21,921 nucleotides of DNA from Chthonomonadales bacterium (GTDB lineage Bacteria > Armatimonadota > Chthonomonadetes > Chthonomonadales > Chthonomonadaceae): positions 1 through 21,921 of the forward strand of contig JBBQPO010000072.1 of the NCBI GenBank assembly GCA_038217285.1, read 5' to 3'. The position numbers were made by a program, and so were the translations under genes. The notes beneath the pieces were generated by a model. It ran no database searches, was not told the origin of the DNA, and saw nothing but the letters and a program-made list of their open reading frames with translations. Positions within the stretch are counted from its first letter, which is position 1. Every line of letters begins with the position of its first letter. Positions 18,536-21,921 of this stretch are shown here, one piece after another.

Positions 18536-19321
18536 TAAGAGTTGATAATAGGTCTCGCGATTCGACTTCAGGTAGAGACTGAGGTAAAGAAGCGGCTTTG
18601 CCAACGCCTTTTCGTAGCATAGCAGCAGGGGAATCAACAACCTGCCCACACGTCCGTTGCCGTCGAGAAAGGGATGGATAGTTTCGAACTGGACATGCAG
18701 GAGCGCTGCTTTTATGAGCGTTGGAGTGCGTGTCGGCAGGTCGTGCATGTACTTTTCCCACTTGTCCAGGCACGGCATGACCTCTGCTACGGGAGGCGGG
18801 ACAAAAGCGGCATTGCCGGGACGTGTTCCTCCGATCCAGTTCTGTGAGCGCCGGAACTCCCCTGGCAGCTTCTCCTCTCCTCTCCCGTGTGAAAGCAGAA
18901 CGGCATGTATTTCGCGAAGCAGACGCAGCGTCAGCGGAGCATTCGCCTCGATGCGCTCCATGCCATAGTTCAGCGCAGCCACATAGTTGGATACCTCCTG
19001 TACGTCCTCCAGGGGAACGCCGGGTACCTCATCGCTCTCAAACAGAAGCAGATCGGAGAGAGAAGACTGTGTCCCCTCGATCTGTGAAGAGAGCACCGCC
19101 TCCTTACGAACATAAAAGTAGATGAACAGCGAAATGTCCGGGATCAGCACCGCCAGTCCGTCCAGACATCCAATGGCGCGATTGGCTCGCTCCAGGACAT
19201 CGGTGAGAGCGAAATCCATAACAAGCGGCGGCTCAGGCAGTAACGGGTCAGGCACATACGCTTTGTATGGTTCGACCGCCACGCGCTGAATCAGTTCTCG
19301 GCCTTGCATCCCTCGTTTCAA
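18536..19321 (-). pseudogene. Class II Fic family protein, C-terminally truncated and lacking its own stop codon
   Basis: Inhibitory motif [24 protein letters not shown], catalytic [12 protein letters not shown] and [18 protein letters not shown]. Family-like sequence then ends abruptly and the frame reads through 38 intergenic-looking codons into the prepilin gene. Confidence 0.8.
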
Positions 19322-19328
19322 ATGGCAC

Positions 19329-19485
19329 CCTTATTCTAATAACTAAGCGGCCAACCGCTGAAGGTTCGTAATTTCTACGAGGCCAGCGAGATCAGCACGC
19401 GCGAAATTTCTACGAGCGTTGACCGGACGGCTACTTAGAACTGTTTTGTCGTTATTCCCTTTTAGCACACCAGATTAGAATAAGG
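19329..19485. repeat. 12-bp inverted repeat enclosing a 12-bp direct repeat upstream of Fic
   Basis: CCTTATTCTAAT (19329-19340) and ATTAGAATAAGG (19474-19485); AATTTCTACGAG at 19370-19381 and 19405-19416. Confidence 0.8.
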
Positions 19486-19591
19486 ATGGATTCTTGATGG
19501 TTTAGGGATTCATATTTCGTTTTTTCCGAACGGCTCTCCCGTAATAAACGGAGGTCAATCCGATATTTCGGAGTGACCTCTCAATCCATCA

Positions 19592-21921
19592 CTATCTGCC
19601 GCCGCCTTTCAGGACGCGGGCTTCTTCGTCGGGGTCGTCGCGCAGGACGGTGTTTGTCCGGGCAGCTTTTTTGTAGTCCGGGTCGGTGGGATCTTTGGCT
19701 TTTTCGGGGTCGAAGATGCGCGGATCGACCGAGACGGCGGTGTAGGGCCGGAAGTCGGGCTTGTCCGTGAAGCAGTCGGAGAAGTCGTTGGCGAGTGCGT
19801 CGAACATATTCAGCGGCGGCAGGCCCATGATCTCGTAGAGTGTGCGGTGCATGCTGACGATAGTGGTCTGGCGGTGCGAGACGTAGCCGCGTCTGGCCCA
19901 CGGGCTGATACAGAGCAGTACGCTGCGCTGGGCGTCGATATGGTCGGGCTCGCCACCGGCATCGTCCTGCGTGACGAAGATCGCCATGTTTTTCCAGTAG
20001 GGGGTGTGGGAGAGAAAATCGACGATGCGACCGAGTGCGAGATCGTTGTCGGCCATCCAGGACGCGACGTAGGGATACCCTTTGGAGGCGTTGGGGCCGG
20101 TGCCGTGGTCGTTGCAGATGGCGATGTTCACGAAACGGGGCATCGTTATTTTTGATTTCGGGACGCCGGACGTTGTGTGCGTGGTCGGCTGAGTGTGGGT
20201 CAGGAAAAGATTGGTGAAGTCCTGTTGGAACCAGTAGGCGCGGTACTGGTCGGGAATGCTCATATTGAAGATGGGGAAATCGCGACAGGTGTTGTCGTAG
20301 AGCACTTTCGACATCGGCATATTGATGACTTCGCGAGCGCCGGTGCGGCGCTCTTTGTCGTCCTCCAGCACTCCCGCGAACTCGAAACCTTCGCCGTAGT
20401 TGCGGAAGGGGACGGAGAAGCGGGCGAGATGCTCCCACATAGAGCCGGCTTCGGGATAGTCCTCCGGGGCGATAGAGCCGTTGGAGCCGAAGGAGGCGCG
20501 GCGACCTGGGGCGGTGCTCTCCAGCTTGAAACTCCAGCCGAGCGTGTAGAGCATCTGGCAGAAGTTGTCGGGCTGCACACCGACCAGCCAGCGATGCCCG
20601 ACCCCCGACGCTTCCGGCTCCATATAGAAGTTGTCGCTGACGGTAAACTGTTTGGCCAGGGCGTTGTGATTGGTCATCACGGCGACGTTGGTGAGGGTGG
20701 GCTGGCCGGGCGCGGCGATGGTCTGGTGGTAACCCCAGCGCAGCAGGGAAGGATCGCCATTCGCGCCGGGCACATGGTCGAAAATGGCGTCGTAGGTGTG
20801 GTTTTCTTTGGTGATGAAGACGACATATTTGATCTGTGCGGAGGGTTTGCCGGGAACGGCGGGAAGCACGGTGCTGCTCATCTTCGCCCGGTCGGCCGAA
20901 TGGTCGGTGAGGCCGTTGTAGGTGAGGACGTTCTGCGTCATCGCGCTGAGCTGGGCGTCGGTCGGGACGGGGAGCGCCGAGACCACGCCGCGCAGCCCGA
21001 GGAAACGGCTGTTCGGAATGTTTTTGCCGGCGTTGGGGCCGTTGCCGAAGCCGCGGAAGCAGATACAGAGCAGTTGCTTGCCGTCGGGCGTGAGGGCGAC
21101 ACGGTAGGGATACCAGGCGGTCGGGATATGCCCGACGATCTTGCCGGTGGCCGTGTCGAGAACGCCGATGGCGTTGAGGCCCGATTCGGCGATGTAGACG
21201 CGGCTGCCATCGCGGGAGATCGCCATACCGGACGGCCCGACCCCGCGCAGTTTCGCCACGAGCGGAGAGGGCTGGATGCGCGTCCGCCGGACGATCTTGC
21301 CGGTGGTGAGGTCGATCTTTTCGACGGTATCGTTGTTGCCGTTGGAGACGTAGAGCGCGTTGCCATGCACGGTGAGGAAGTTGGGGGCGCTGCCGCCGAC
21401 GGTCTTGCCGTTGTCGGCGGGCGCTCCGATCAGCAGGCCGGTCTTGATACGCGCGATCACCTGGGGCGCGGCCGGATCGGTGACGTCGATGCCCCAGACC
21501 GAGAACGACTCCGGCACGTTGGGATCGCCCAGGCCGGGGATCTTGCGGCCCTCCACCTCGACGCCGTCGCGCGCCTCCTTGCTCGGGAAGGCGAACGGCG
21601 GGAACGTCAGGCCGCGCGGATCGATCGTCTCGCCGGGCTTTGCGGGCAGGGTCGGCTTGGGGACGGCGCTGTAGGCGAAGACGCCGATGTTGGCGACATA
21701 GACCCGCTTCCCGGCGACGGCCAGCGCGTAGGGATAGCGCCCGACATCGACCGAACCGGCGACCTTGCCCTGCGCCGTATCGACGGTGATGACCCGGAAG
21801 TTGGTCACATCGGCGACGTAGAGCGTGGCCCCGTCCGGACTGGACTGGATGTCCATGGCGAAGCTGTCGTCGAACTTGCGCCCCCCGACCTCGACATTGA
21901 GCGAGATGCTGCCGCTCACAG
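19592..21921 (-). CDS. YncE/YVTN beta-propeller plus phosphoesterase (alkaline phosphatase superfamily) protein; 5' part outside the window
   Basis: Propeller repeats (SPDGATLYVAD, VDVGRYPYAL, IPTAWYPYRVALTPDGK) followed by IKYVVFITKENHTYD, NHNALAKQF..SDNFY, GHRW, NDH, ADNDLALGRIV and QDDAGGEPDHIDAQRS. Confidence 0.92.
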   Translation of the reverse strand, partial: VSGSISLNVEVGGRKFDDSFAMDIQSSPDGATLYVADVTNFRVITVDTAQGKVAGSVDVGRYPYALAVAGKRVYVANIGVFAYSAVPKPTLPAKPGETIDPRGLTFPPFAFPSKEARDGVEVEGRKIPGLGDPNVPESFSVWGIDVTDPAAPQVIARIKTGLLIGAPADNGKTVGGSAPNFLTVHGNALYVSNGNNDTVEKIDLTTGKIVRRTRIQPSPLVAKLRGVGPSGMAISRDGSRVYIAESGLNAIGVLDTATGKIVGHIPTAWYPYRVALTPDGKQLLCICFRGFGNGPNAGKNIPNSRFLGLRGVVSALPVPTDAQLSAMTQNVLTYNGLTDHSADRAKMSSTVLPAVPGKPSAQIKYVVFITKENHTYDAIFDHVPGANGDPSLLRWGYHQTIAAPGQPTLTNVAVMTNHNALAKQFTVSDNFYMEPEASGVGHRWLVGVQPDNFCQMLYTLGWSFKLESTAPGRRASFGSNGSIAPEDYPEAGSMWEHLARFSVPFRNYGEGFEFAGVLEDDKERRTGAREVINMPMSKVLYDNTCRDFPIFNMSIPDQYRAYWFQQDFTNLFLTHTQPTTHTTSGVPKSKITMPRFVNIAICNDHGTGPNASKGYPYVASWMADNDLALGRIVDFLSHTPYWKNMAIFVTQDDAGGEPDHIDAQRSVLLCISPWARRGYVSHRQTTIVSMHRTLYEIMGLPPLNMFDALANDFSDCFTDKPDFRPYTAVSVDPRIFDPEKAKDPTDPDYKKAARTNTVLRDDPDEEARVLKGGGR

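Noticed and set aside
19370..19416. AATTTCTAC matches the start of the Cas12a CRISPR repeat
   Set aside because: There are only two 12-bp copies 35 nt apart, no GTAGAT stem half, and no cas genes in the window; this is not a CRISPR array.

Overview
GC-rich bacterial chromosomal region. An Armatimonadota-like host is inferred from the '[39 protein letters not shown]' prepilin/DUF1559 protein and the many Tat-exported sugar-type enzymes. Intact housekeeping and metabolic genes are: a Tat TIM-barrel isomerase, aroA, mobA, a ThuA-like protein, kdsB, a Gfo/Idh/MocA oxidoreductase, smpB, a DUF892 ferritin-like protein, a CocE/NonD hydrolase, a second TIM-barrel epimerase and a YncE-propeller/phosphoesterase. 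They are interleaved with accessory or conflict genes: the 5' end of a low-GC SIR2-domain (Dsr1-like) gene at the left edge that the ORF track misses, an antitoxin-PIN toxin pair, a NACHT/STAND-pentapeptide gene, a Pol-beta-type nucleotidyltransferase and a class II Fic gene. The most striking pattern is a series of apparent clean deletion scars confined to four dispensable genes. The PIN toxin lacks its C-terminus. The NACHT gene has no canonical start codon and has lost its Walker B region in an out-of-frame junction. The tricorn-like S41 protease lacks a start codon and signal peptide and appears to have two in-frame internal deletions. Fic lacks its C-terminus and reads in frame into the prepilin-like gene. 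Also present are a 65-bp MITE-like element upstream of smpB and a repeat-rich leader upstream of Fic. All family assignments come from motif recognition by eye; no searches were run.
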